From: a virus
Lineage: Duplodnaviria; Caudoviricetes
Reading direction: 5' to 3' (one strand)
Length of the DNA: 64,000 nucleotides
Virus record (IMG/VR): IMGVR_UViG_3300032335_000777
Location: 1 to 64,000 of that record
Shown here one piece after another: positions 48,201-56,369 of this stretch (the stretch's first letter is position 1; each line of letters opens with the position of its first letter). The notes below the pieces were generated by a model. The model ran no database searches. It saw only the letters and a program-made list of their open reading frames with translations, and was not told where the DNA came from. The translations under genes and the position numbers were made by a program.

Positions 48201-51200
48201 TTCTATGTTGTCAGTATATTCACTTCTCAAGAAATTGTACACTTCTTTTCCAGTGACAGATCTTGGATTGAATAGTTTTTCCAATCCATCAGTGTTGTTT
48301 CTATTGAAGATGTATTCAGACATTGTAATAGTCATGTCCTGAACAATTGCCCAAGCCTCATCTTCAGATAATACACTACCATCTGCTATACTTATCTTTC
48401 TGTATTCAGGAGCTGCTGATTTAGCTTCTTCTGAAACAACATAATCTTTGAACTTACCTGTATCAATAGACTTGAACAAATCATCTTTGAGAGATGGCTT
48501 TGCAACAAAGCTTTTGAAGAAGTCAACAATAGCCTTGAAGAAGTTTCTTATCTTCTCAGACAATGTTCTAGCTGGCAGCTTACCAAGTCTATAGTCAGCA
48601 AAGTCATCAGCAATACGTTCTTTAGCTTGTCTATCTGTAGCATTACTGTATGCAACAAGTTGACCACTTTCTCTATCAAGGAAACTACCACGCTTAGATT
48701 TAAACTCATCTAGAATAGCTTGTCTCTCGCCTTCTGTCAAGAATGCTTTCCATACACCTTCAAAGACTTCGTGATATTCTGTACCACTCAAACCACGTCT
48801 GAAGAACTTAGCAACTCCGCCTTCAAATACACCCCATGCCTTAGAACCATCATGTAGTGTGATGATGTTCTCAAGGATTTCAAATGGTATGTTAGGAACA
48901 TTCTTTGCATGCCAAGCTTTGAATGCTTCAATGTCTCTATCACTTATTCTTCCACCACGTTCACCAGTACGAACTTTTCTAGTTTCCTCATCTTTAACAC
49001 CAGACTTAAATCCTGATAGTCCTTTCTTTTCTTTAGGTGCTTCTTTTTCAACAGGTGCAGGAGCTTCAGTAGGTGCAGATTCTTCAATAGTTGGTTCAGT
49101 AGTTTCAGAAACAGGAGCCTCTGGAGCAACAGGAGCTGGAGCTGGTGCTTCATTAATTGCAGCTTCCACTTTACTTGCTGCTTCACCAATGTAGAACACT
49201 GTTGCTGCATCAAAATCATTTAGTCCTTCTGTTGCTGTAGGATATTTCTTTCTAGCAACTTCAATCTTTTTAGGATTGTCAGCAAACTTCTGTATTGTCT
49301 CTGCATTAGTTTCTGGAGAGATTGCATCAATTTCAATTTCACCACTTGGTAGAATGTTAGCTTTGAAACTAAACTCACCACCAAACATGGTTACAGTGTT
49401 TACAGTGCCATCGTTAAGAGTGTATGGTCCCACTGTAACAGGAACGTCAGATTCAATTATATCTGATGGTCTTACTGGAGCACCTGAGCTAGAAGGGCTT
49501 GGGGGATCTTGTTCTTTCTCACTTGGTACATATCCTTCATCACCTGTCTCAAAGTTAATCAGCGTAGCATACTTACCTGCAAATGCGTAAGGTTGTGCTT
49601 CTGTAGGATTTGCAATTGTTACAAATGGAATCTCATCTGTAGTTCTGTCTTTACCAGAGGCAAGATAGGATTGATAGTTTGGCCATTCTCTTTCTTGTAA
49701 CTTACCATCTTCAAGGAAGTATTCAAAGAATGGACTTTCTAGTCTCAATGTTTTAGCATTGGCAGAATGATACATCTCAGAAAGCTGAGCAACAATCTCT
49801 TGTTCTTTAGAAGCGATTTCTGAGAACTTATATGATTGTGATCCAAGCTTAAGAGTGAGGTTTTCTGTGTCAAACCAAAACTGATTATCTTTTGCGTTTT
49901 CTGTAATCTTCTTATAGTTGAGAACATTCTTCAAGAACAATAATTTGTTCTTGTCAAACTGAGGAGCTTTACCTTCGCTAGCATCCTTCTCAAGCTTTGT
50001 TATAATAGACTTAATAAGTTCGTATGCTGTAGCAGCTTTCTTCTTACCAAGCTTATTATTGTTTAGATATTGTAATAGGTCACCATTTTGAATGTAGACA
50101 AGTCCTTTTTTAGAATTTACAATCTTACCATTGTATGAAATAGTATCAGTGGTAACAACATTTATAAGTCCTGGAATAGTAGCTATTGCAGTTTCATCAA
50201 CTAAAGAACTAGTTACAGGATTCTTTTTATATACACCACCCTCTTTTTTTGTATTAGCAAAACCTGCTGAAACTCTAAATTCAAGAGTTGGAGGAACTGT
50301 AGAAGGCTTCATAAGTTCTACACGTCTGTTTCTCCAAATCTTTGCAAACTTTACAAAGTCATCCTTCTCATTCGTTCTATATCTATCATTTCCTCTACTA
50401 TCTGTAATAGATGTGCTAGGCATTGTTTGGAATATAACCTTTCCAAGATCAGTAGGTTGACCCACTTCACCAATGCGCTTACCATCCTGATCTACAAAGT
50501 ATCTCTTCTTACCATCAATCTCAACAAATACCATTGCTACGAATCCATTGTCTTCATTCATGACTCTGGATTCAAAAGCAGCTTTATCAGCATCCACTTG
50601 CTCTTGTGTCATTTTGTATGACAAAGCTGTAATGCCAGATAGGCCAAGAGATTCTTCTTGGCTGTATGTAAATACAATTGCTCTAAGCTTATTTCTATTC
50701 TTAAATTTTCTGATTTTATTTAAGAAAATTCTTGATCTTGTTACATGAGGCTCTGACTTAGAAGTGTCAGCAAATTCCTCAGACTCTGTAATACTAGAAT
50801 CAAAGAAATCTATAGCACTTTTCATTCTACCAGTTTCGCCTGTATCAACTCTTTCTCCAACATCTTCTGGGAGAGTGCCTACAGGGAATGGTTCGTTGTC
50901 AGAAATATCTTCTTGTTGTTTATCAAGAGAGCTACTAGATTCTTTAATCTTATCAGCTATTTCTTTTGCCTTAGCTTGTTTTTCAAGCAGTTCTTTAGTA
51001 AGTCTTTTAAATCTATTTATAACAGCTGCACTGATCTTTTTATCACCAAGAGAGTTAATGTATTCAAGTTTGTTTACGCCTTCTCCTGGCTTCTCATATA
51101 TGTCTCTGAAGGCAGGATATTGAAGTACATCATCAATAGATTGATTCAATGCATCTTCAAGTTCCTGAGAAGTGTTATCCTCTTCAGTGATGTTGTATTT

Positions 51201-53750
51201 ATTAAATTGTTCAGGAGAGAAGAACGTAGCAGTACCATCAGGTAGTTGCACTTCAAACTCTCCACCAAGTGTACTGGATAATACAGTGAACTTTGGTGCA
51301 AGAACGATCTTTCCTTTTTCTAAAGTGATGGGTTCAGCAAGAGAATAGGTTTTGCCCAATTCTAAAGTTTTCTGAACTTTCTTTCTACCTTCTTTTTGAG
51401 AAACTTCTACATCTTGGATTTCTTCCTCTGGACGTTCGTAGTTTAATGGATCATTCTTAATACTATCGTATTCTCCAATAAACATCTTTCTTCTTAGAGA
51501 TAGCTCAATAACATCGTCTAGAGTGCCTTTGAGTTCATCCTTAACATCAGATGTCACACTCATTGAGTTAATTGTTTCTAGAGCTTCTTTGGTAGCTTCA
51601 GCGTTTGGTTTACCTGTCTCAATAATGTCTTGGAGAATTGCTTGTGTATTAATACCAGCAGTGGTCAACTTAACATTCAGTTCAGGAATCCTTACATCAT
51701 AGTTTGCAATTTTAGTACTTGCATAAGCAAGCATGTCAATTGCAAAAGGAGAATACTTTCTTTTTTGTTCACCATCAACTTCTATAGTCTCACCAGCATA
51801 TCTAATGTTCAAAGCCTGATACATATCACTGAGAGCCTTTGCAGAGTTCTCAATGCTAGTGATTCTTTTCTGGAAGGTTTCAACAGTATCGTTGATGTTT
51901 GCCATTCCTTGTTCCTTAAGTTCAGTGAGACCTTGTTCAGTCAATCCACCTTTCTTAAGTTCATCCAGATCTTCCATCACCATATCAAATCTTCCGTATT
52001 TGATACGTGGTGCTAGATAGTTATACATCTGGTCACTGTACAAGTCACGCTCTTCTAATCTATCACCATTGATGATTGCGTCTCTATGTTGTTGTTGTAA
52101 TACAACGCCTCTGTTAGCAGCAGCAAGTCTATCTTCAAATGCTTCTTTGAACGATGGTGCATTATTCATCATGTTCAAAAAGATCTCTGTATTCTTTGCC
52201 AGAGCTTTTCTTTCTCGATAGGTACCTCTTGCTTGCATCAAGCCACCAGTGATTCCTCCAAGAATACCACTCTCAATACCTTCTTTAGATACAAGAGCAC
52301 CTACGCCTTCTCCAAATTTATCTTTACCAAACAATCCATACAAGAAGCCATCTACAAATAGATCAGCTTCTCCACCTTCTTGAGCCTTCTTAAAATAGTT
52401 TTGTGTACCTACTTGCAATCCATATTGTAAAATCTCTTGAGCTGATTCTTTTGGATCAAACACATAAACCCCACTTCTTTTTACACCTTGATAAAGTTTA
52501 CCAAATCTAGTTTTTGGTCCAGCTTTGGCTACATACTTTCCTGTCTCATCAATTACAAAATCATCAACTCTTCCTAGCAAACTGTTTGCAGCTTGTCTAC
52601 TTGCTGAATAGCTTGATCCCATCAAGTATGGAAGTTGTGAATATTCTGTAATAGACAACAATGCCATGTTGCCAAAGAAAGCAGTTTTACCAACTCTCTC
52701 AGCTTCAACATTTATATTTTTTAAGTCTTCACCAATTGGAGCAAATCCATTTTTTTTAGTGTACTCTTCAATTAAATTTTCTCTAAATTCTTTAGATGTA
52801 TGCAAAGCTTCGAACGATGCTTCACCAGCAGATGAATTAATTGCTACAGCAGTTCTTCTGAAATTATCACCAAACTTTGCAAACTGTGTAGTTTGTTTAG
52901 CCAGGTTAGCCAAAGCAGAAGATCTTGCAGACAAATCTGCTATAGATGAAATCTGACTTTCTAATATAGATGCAGCCTCTACATTTTTAGCAGCTGAGAA
53001 TGCTCTTGATGTGTTTCTTAGAAGTGGTGTAAAAAGTTTAAATCCTTGTGAAGCTTCAGCAATAGTTGCAGCTCTAGCAGCTGCGCTACCTATTGTTGAA
53101 CCAAGTCTTAAAAGTCCAGCATTTGCAATGTTACCAGTAACCATTGCCCCCACTGCAAATCCAGCATTCTTGATTAACTTATCAAAAAGAAAGTTGGTTG
53201 TAAACCAGTTATCTGTAGAATACCACTCAGAATTTTTCTCAGCAGCTGTATAATAGTTTGGAAGAAACTCATTATCAACTTTAGTATTCCACTTATCCAA
53301 TCCACGCATTACTTCATTGTCAAATACATCAGACATTTTCTGTGTAAATAACAATGACTTACCAACACCATATAGCATACCAAATCCACCAGCTACTGTA
53401 GTGGCTGCAAGGTTTGCTCCTTTCAATACACCATTGGCAGCTTGCTTATACCAAGCTTGCCCTTGTGCAGCAAAGTCTTCGTAGTCTCCAATTGTAGGAT
53501 TGAAAGTTTTGTATCTCTTATTTGCTTCAAGTTCTGCATTGCTAACAAACAATCCCTTTTGAGAAAACTTTTGTCCAGCAGCTGCTAGTTCAGCAAATAC
53601 ATCTTCCTTCTGAGAAAGATCTGAAACTCCACCACCTTGTCCAGAACTAAAGTTCATTGGAGGATCCTTTGGTGCAACTAGTGGAATATTAGAAGATTTG
53701 TAACCTGTTTCTTTAATGATGGGTTGTAAGTTTCTATCAAAATCAGCCAT
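39273..53750 (-). CDS. Virion RNA polymerase polyprotein with C-terminal macro-like domain and SF1B helicase
   Basis: GARIP.Q and GSDFDIDKL (44658-44672); IFVFGSN...HGAGAA; GAAGTGKT, DEVSM, GD..Q, TIHKSQGST, YVGISRA. Confidence 0.85.
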   Translation of the reverse strand: MADFDRNLQPIIKETGYKSSNIPLVAPKDPPMNFSSGQGGGVSDLSQKEDVFAELAAAGQKFSQKGLFVSNAELEANKRYKTFNPTIGDYEDFAAQGQAWYKQAANGVLKGANLAATTVAGGFGMLYGVGKSLLFTQKMSDVFDNEVMRGLDKWNTKVDNEFLPNYYTAAEKNSEWYSTDNWFTTNFLFDKLIKNAGFAVGAMVTGNIANAGLLRLGSTIGSAAARAATIAEASQGFKLFTPLLRNTSRAFSAAKNVEAASILESQISSIADLSARSSALANLAKQTTQFAKFGDNFRRTAVAINSSAGEASFEALHTSKEFRENLIEEYTKKNGFAPIGEDLKNINVEAERVGKTAFFGNMALLSITEYSQLPYLMGSSYSASRQAANSLLGRVDDFVIDETGKYVAKAGPKTRFGKLYQGVKRSGVYVFDPKESAQEILQYGLQVGTQNYFKKAQEGGEADLFVDGFLYGLFGKDKFGEGVGALVSKEGIESGILGGITGGLMQARGTYRERKALAKNTEIFLNMMNNAPSFKEAFEDRLAAANRGVVLQQQHRDAIINGDRLEERDLYSDQMYNYLAPRIKYGRFDMVMEDLDELKKGGLTEQGLTELKEQGMANINDTVETFQKRITSIENSAKALSDMYQALNIRYAGETIEVDGEQKRKYSPFAIDMLAYASTKIANYDVRIPELNVKLTTAGINTQAILQDIIETGKPNAEATKEALETINSMSVTSDVKDELKGTLDDVIELSLRRKMFIGEYDSIKNDPLNYERPEEEIQDVEVSQKEGRKKVQKTLELGKTYSLAEPITLEKGKIVLAPKFTVLSSTLGGEFEVQLPDGTATFFSPEQFNKYNITEEDNTSQELEDALNQSIDDVLQYPAFRDIYEKPGEGVNKLEYINSLGDKKISAAVINRFKRLTKELLEKQAKAKEIADKIKESSSSLDKQQEDISDNEPFPVGTLPEDVGERVDTGETGRMKSAIDFFDSSITESEEFADTSKSEPHVTRSRIFLNKIRKFKNRNKLRAIVFTYSQEESLGLSGITALSYKMTQEQVDADKAAFESRVMNEDNGFVAMVFVEIDGKKRYFVDQDGKRIGEVGQPTDLGKVIFQTMPSTSITDSRGNDRYRTNEKDDFVKFAKIWRNRRVELMKPSTVPPTLEFRVSAGFANTKKEGGVYKKNPVTSSLVDETAIATIPGLINVVTTDTISYNGKIVNSKKGLVYIQNGDLLQYLNNNKLGKKKAATAYELIKSIITKLEKDASEGKAPQFDKNKLLFLKNVLNYKKITENAKDNQFWFDTENLTLKLGSQSYKFSEIASKEQEIVAQLSEMYHSANAKTLRLESPFFEYFLEDGKLQEREWPNYQSYLASGKDRTTDEIPFVTIANPTEAQPYAFAGKYATLINFETGDEGYVPSEKEQDPPSPSSSGAPVRPSDIIESDVPVTVGPYTLNDGTVNTVTMFGGEFSFKANILPSGEIEIDAISPETNAETIQKFADNPKKIEVARKKYPTATEGLNDFDAATVFYIGEAASKVEAAINEAPAPAPVAPEAPVSETTEPTIEESAPTEAPAPVEKEAPKEKKGLSGFKSGVKDEETRKVRTGERGGRISDRDIEAFKAWHAKNVPNIPFEILENIITLHDGSKAWGVFEGGVAKFFRRGLSGTEYHEVFEGVWKAFLTEGERQAILDEFKSKRGSFLDRESGQLVAYSNATDRQAKERIADDFADYRLGKLPARTLSEKIRNFFKAIVDFFKSFVAKPSLKDDLFKSIDTGKFKDYVVSEEAKSAAPEYRKISIADGSVLSEDEAWAIVQDMTITMSEYIFNRNNTDGLEKLFNPRSVTGKEVYNFLRSEYTDNIELLGEEAFKDLFLRSKDLIRTMGINIDTEGVVSTNDASQTDRLYAAEAFEIDFKKNMRFSVKFVLASNPAAETVYPEGTAPKLLRSKSVKGLSLLNNFNKTFATLLNKLSNTSLAKVDQKIIDLVKEDGNYYRIFNRLGGDAKNGILDYSKFEEADWRFYIQFIQSMSKSNPFVEIAIQREGDGGVESFTAPGDRTSALNKTRNEWFQNIKQLSKSETSFIFKKKGDKGITLYAINKDQKEYPTKEGLLKPQAVQNYLKNIGIEFPLSFIEKINNDEKLNKRFDNAVTKIYEMGPNGYASLSGDKFSGVDSHVRTLADMYVRLVNPDQDTTRFNIENKRISNFTDSNAPSVFEAEFNEAMTLDELFEARPELKDAFSKNSLLIKKGGMFYDDNGNKIEGKVLQIGVIDGLKDETTDRGLSISSLTKGDRFTVEINQNINGNYYILVPADSSTERMLNLGSMVEYELFNNDAERAFTKIKSIFKGYLEDEVDLALDWETRSKLASAKDNAKELRFFKDILDAPLVEEIHKAIKEGKSRKDILALVSDEALENSIRNTITSLNQSTLKDLINSGEVTKNSEGYRYETLDSKFAQTNELNRNSLSEDEMMQVLSFVNMNYMIANIEMHKFIFGDPYQFKIKNGKLDETKRIKSWLSPRRVTIDHPEFNKFLNNRFNDVTEDLSLEADDKFRYTFKSYVKTATLNDVNPFSKFIKKFGGYDEADGFSVIIDGAYREVKLKNGEWSNDLAEPWFQWNQAYARQKMSAKGLYEYKSEALKKHDQKLITKPQPPFVTEVLKPIVSGSKAGLNRIEGILDKFSQMPITYKMVEGTNLENLYVQMLNEKVGYVSYKSSRKEGARQGHNLYNGNGDYNNAKFGEETIENVAWKTYGIQVENSYEEGKLQTRVSQLTKNDTMDMFENGKEVEGMEGATALAEEKIKIFKEMHQNAYEEFLNKLGLEDLNGNYVVVDNVKISRELEYELLRRQVSQNVIDTIRLNENGEFNMPFEASSAYEQIRSVLISMINKSLISPQMNGKPHVQVPATLWENAKEGRKILRKTKDGYVEITRKQYDALSEQDKSSVVLSSDALKFYENEDGKRYMEVMIPNFWKKYFTDKTKFPDDKAIFEYLNKPENQKILFGVGARIPHQATSSTEVFKIAGFLDSSMGSTVVVPSEIVAKAGSDFDIDKLNMYLKSVYVDVNGNIKAVEYKGSKEATMEFYTKVYEDRIQKQLDSISRYDEFRDKVLEIFEAAETIEDPSNVTAESLETLLGEDLYNFYINHREIINEMEEQALSKGMTPADYVGDQMGRLATKFEDLSKEKFDSNLKNAYVQKMYKKSLENRYYEILQDLVTLPGNFERLMSPVSDAGLSKVADILDDATNNKEADVKNKLVSRSFMTSLRQAFLMGKKWVGIAAVNITGHAIGQKVGLYFDSRLLDKLSDYDRGFLGDLSLAIPHNTTTVDGKEMISLGGLKTADGKDEFISDRLSGYATSFVDVAKDPYILKLIQSDLVVGTAMLMERIGAGELTAYFLNQPIIIEHLKNIDKIKSRSLFGKDNLEYTYSKFPSSEDESYDLSNEFEKDVDGKIDFEKSKQNLLNLIRENANRPEGTKASAEFNAKQVAIFNEFLKLAKLAQLNFKFTQAYNYDTTRVTNYEGFKRKMTRTTSAIETNIVSSIEKVMNDTFIGEQVRLLREELKSLGAIMKLDSQGIDQYIDDVMEPFYDNEYMSEDDFNYVAKKLKSSFLDFLIQTRSTSIFPDDSKNLFTGENSVASRLLKLKKKYPTSNLLSNLVPVSSLQENGPVTVSLKVKPTDAVDVDMHIGMMRELKELEPEFYNDLVKLSILQGTMDTNLSIAPIVPVEDRAAIIAPVINVLQPSSELEAFNKEGLFYRNNFSDSTIVPEISPRYRTVDSGLGLQIDYGKTDTFLSSITNGITPGSGKLISLNNKYSFMNQANKDFVKMRRYQYVSSMTASGPKTIVVDITSGKTMLVKDFTKLSNDGILSKNEMVGYKKVKSEDGVPLTIQRKSGKSLDEFSVFKMVNLYGSSRIVTEYKKLMTPSVFDNNTFKVEKELTDNAIIAMFAGEKVVAPTVIEQPTIIEPSTGTETYSGKITSLKPNQIFVFGSNEGGSQGQAPTHGAGAAKLAKDKFGAIQGQSRGLQGQSYAIVTKKFYDVERSSTPEEITTEIKTLYDYAKNNPDKEFLVSDYSETNLNGYSGQEMAAMFANAGPIPSNIVFNENFEKLVSTGIEPVVEEEVDVVENKGITKEQLSKPYKGFKNLLWYYFAEKAKEYAPEKYDSIVNAKDYHTAYLIGADRSKAFDEGKSNTPGIQDPNDKVWNRVLSEFNESIKNVPTTPKFTYKGTTIDTDFQLTEGQRQALERLIDFSTDPGSEFITLQGAAGTGKTSIIGYLQKYLRNYKFNFLAPTHAATAELAFATVKTGNKQLPMTVASAISTKYDPTTGESTPVINAKLARRLGLSNNIIVLDEVSMLNSKDYEALVQVAPKNNIKVIFMGDVMQIPEVDVRNPEKKLVSKAFTDTGQVVLTEVKRTSSDAILNMLTNVRNNVNDQIPIVPSTDQLEYLPISKFNSKLAEVFEKNPEETVLISYTNKGVQDYNLKIRESLGRYGDLQKGDIVVGYLGYSSKQIEKQNIANSIRYTIRDVRKDGSLYSIVASSKKLKSLQDAGLSDVEEIASTNYAQLSRNDSFDFENLTEEDFQKNNEMLSKMMSRLHEAKQIALRTKSGKDWARYYDVKDGISMQLRIVDLGDTYIYNPASGVMEKYVNEQHKNIDKDLLIEKGIDFGHAVTIHKSQGSTVKNVFFDASSLPRGSSSKLMMNGKEVSTEKHSLLYVGISRASEYLGINADNPLNFYYPDGQEVAATPAPVEQKSRIIKVNQFSITIQPDGKMFYDNGKEVTDQTTKNKVSIRKELQDGTLRVSTYNNNEYFVLLDGRILGSGKTNLGKETVGDAKIKEQILDKAVLYRKTC

Positions 53751-53761
53751 TCTAGCAATGA

Positions 53762-56320
53762 TTACATGGTTCTAATAATTTTTTTAACTTCCTCTGAAAT
53801 ATTCGGAGATTGAAGATACAACTGTTTTACCTTTTCATCAGTAAGATTCCCTATAAAATTCATTCCCTCAGTTGCATCTACTGGCTGTTGAGGCTGTAAT
53901 GGATAAACTATTCCATTAGGAAGCTTTAATCTAAAAGTCAAATATTGCTTTTCTGGAGATCCTAATGAGTGCTTCATATCAGCTCTAACATTCATATTAA
54001 CTCTAGGCATATATTGACCTTGGAAATAAGCATTTTCAAAACTTCCAGTGGGATTTGTATTTCTTCCACCCATAGATTGCGCTTCTATTAGTCTTCTTAA
54101 TTGAGGGCTTGGAGAATCTTTATCAATTATTGGAAGCTGTTGTGCTTCTCTTGGATCTAAAGGTATAACAACTTCTTCATCTCCTTTGAGAATAATTAGA
54201 GAAGTTTGATCACCTTGTTCAAGTTTCTTATATTGAAGATTTGATTTATCAGAAGAATCAAACCACTGCAACACTTCTCTCGCTCTGCTACTAGAAAGTC
54301 CTTCATATCCTCCTTCCATTCCAGATAAAGAAGTATCTGCTACTTTTCTCAATAATGATGTGGATATATTTTCCCAAGTACTTCTTGCAATATTACCTTC
54401 TCCCGTTCCAAATATAATTGGAACTTCTCTAGGGATGTATTGAATAGTTTTATCACTAATTTTTTTCTCTATAAGAGAATTATATTGACCGTTATAATCT
54501 GATGTTGCTCTTCTATAAGGTGCAAAATATCCTCTTAACATTGCTTTATTGTCATACATTATCTTCTCTCTTTCTGAAAGAGGAGATAATATTTCTGTTT
54601 CTACTTTTTGACCACCAGTAGCACCTGTTCCAGATACCTGACCGCCTGTTACAGTTTCTTTTACTTTTGTTAAATACTGCGCCACTTCAAAAGGAGTGAA
54701 GAAATATTCTCTTCCTTTTATAGTTACATTTAAAGCACCAACTTCTTTAAGCTGATTACCATATTCATTTTTAATCTGTTGAAGTTCTGGAGAATTTGCA
54801 GCTTCTTCCTCAACAGTTTTTAAGAATTGTTCTTTTCTACTCAAATCACCTTTAGCAGTGATTACTGAATTTGCTAAGTCTTTCAAATCATTAGGTATAA
54901 GAGACTCATACGCAGAGACATCTCCTTTTCTATAAGCCTCCAATGCATTCAATACTTGGATTTTTTGCACCTTTGTTCCTCCTCCAGCATTTAATGCATC
55001 CACTAGTTGATTAACTTGATCTTCAACTACTCCACTTGCACTTTCAACATCTTTCAAAAGAGCAACTCTTTGATTGGGAACGTTTGTACTTTTTCCACCA
55101 TATACTTGAAATCCACCAGGTACACCAAACATTTTTGCATTTGCCTCGTCAAGTTTTAACTGATAATCTCGATCATCTTTAAATTGACTCCAAGAAAATT
55201 TATCTTGTTCAAGTGCAAGATTTGCTTGTGATAAATTGAACCTTTTAGCTTCCCACTCATCTTGTCTTATAGGATTTGTCAAAAGATTATTCTTTTGATT
55301 TTCCCAAGCATTTGAACTAGCAAACTGTTCTATTGCTCCATTTTTATAAATAATTCCCTTTGCTTCTTCTGGATTTGCTTTAATGAATTCTATCTCTTCA
55401 TTCATCTCTGCGGTTAATGTTTTATTCACTGCTTGCAAAGATTTTATTCCTTGTTCAGCTTTAACGTATTTATCAGGATCAGATTCATACATCTTTAGAG
55501 CACCTTGAAGCTCTATAATAGTTTTATTATTCTGTGCTATTGCAGATGCAGTTTTTGCTGTAGCTAATGTAGCAAGTTGTTCAGGATCAGTTATATTTCT
55601 AAACTGATATCTACCATTAATATTTAATTGTTCTAACTCATCAGGAGAAAGACTAGCTCTTAATGCATTTTGAATCTTTTCAGCACTAACGCCTTCCTTA
55701 CTAATTCTTTGCATTGCTTGTGCTGTTGCACCAACATTGAGCGTACCATCTTGATTGTATTCATATGGGATGTCTTCTTCCAAAAGATCTGAGTGTAGAG
55801 TCTTCATGACTTCTAGCCACTTCTTATCTACATCAATATACTTTCTATATCTACCACTAAAGTTTGCGCCTAAATTAGGATCGTTCAACCAATCACTTGA
55901 CTGTCTTGAAAAGTCATATTCATTTTGAATAGCAGACTCGCCTTTTTGTCTGGATTCTTCCATGAACTTTTGTTCTTTTCTGTATGCAGCAGTTGCTTGT
56001 ACAGAAGATAATACATTAGAATCTTTGGCAACACTACCAGCCATCCCTGCTACAGAATTGACTAATTGATAATTGGAGAAGTCAGCAGCTGCAACAGTCT
56101 TTAACTTAGAGCCAAGTTCATTAAGCTTTGATTGTAAATACTGTCTATCTACATCACGAGCAATATCTAATCCTGCGACTTGATCTATCTGAGATTGGAT
56201 CTTTTGCAATCCTTGGTCGTAACGCTGTTGCTTCTCCATACCAACTCTAACCATAGCCTCAACAGGAAGCTGTTGAATATATGGGTTAAACTGTGGTATT
56301 GCATCTGTAAATGAAGCCAT
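53762..56320 (-). CDS. Virion cargo/ejected protein
   Basis: 852 aa, helical, FNPYIQQLP N-terminus, directly upstream of vRNAP. Confidence 0.65.
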   Translation of the reverse strand: MASFTDAIPQFNPYIQQLPVEAMVRVGMEKQQRYDQGLQKIQSQIDQVAGLDIARDVDRQYLQSKLNELGSKLKTVAAADFSNYQLVNSVAGMAGSVAKDSNVLSSVQATAAYRKEQKFMEESRQKGESAIQNEYDFSRQSSDWLNDPNLGANFSGRYRKYIDVDKKWLEVMKTLHSDLLEEDIPYEYNQDGTLNVGATAQAMQRISKEGVSAEKIQNALRASLSPDELEQLNINGRYQFRNITDPEQLATLATAKTASAIAQNNKTIIELQGALKMYESDPDKYVKAEQGIKSLQAVNKTLTAEMNEEIEFIKANPEEAKGIIYKNGAIEQFASSNAWENQKNNLLTNPIRQDEWEAKRFNLSQANLALEQDKFSWSQFKDDRDYQLKLDEANAKMFGVPGGFQVYGGKSTNVPNQRVALLKDVESASGVVEDQVNQLVDALNAGGGTKVQKIQVLNALEAYRKGDVSAYESLIPNDLKDLANSVITAKGDLSRKEQFLKTVEEEAANSPELQQIKNEYGNQLKEVGALNVTIKGREYFFTPFEVAQYLTKVKETVTGGQVSGTGATGGQKVETEILSPLSEREKIMYDNKAMLRGYFAPYRRATSDYNGQYNSLIEKKISDKTIQYIPREVPIIFGTGEGNIARSTWENISTSLLRKVADTSLSGMEGGYEGLSSSRAREVLQWFDSSDKSNLQYKKLEQGDQTSLIILKGDEEVVIPLDPREAQQLPIIDKDSPSPQLRRLIEAQSMGGRNTNPTGSFENAYFQGQYMPRVNMNVRADMKHSLGSPEKQYLTFRLKLPNGIVYPLQPQQPVDATEGMNFIGNLTDEKVKQLYLQSPNISEEVKKIIRTM

Positions 56321-56336
56321 GTTATTATTGTTTTAT

Positions 56337-56344
56337 CAAATTTA
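56337..56344 (-). promoter_or_regulatory. Bacteroidota -7 element upstream of cargo/vRNAP operon
   Basis: TAAATTTG on minus strand 16 nt before ATG 56320. Confidence 0.55.
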
Positions 56345-56369
56345 GTAGTAATATATTATTCTATGCACA

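Noticed and set aside
34088-53253. Numerous 60-130 aa plus-strand ORFs inside the giant genes
   Set aside because: Antisense shadows of long coding frames with no recognisable motifs
39273-53750. Intein or intron in vRNAP (or recA)
   Set aside because: No splice-junction or LAGLIDADG motifs noticed; extra length is explained by fused domains
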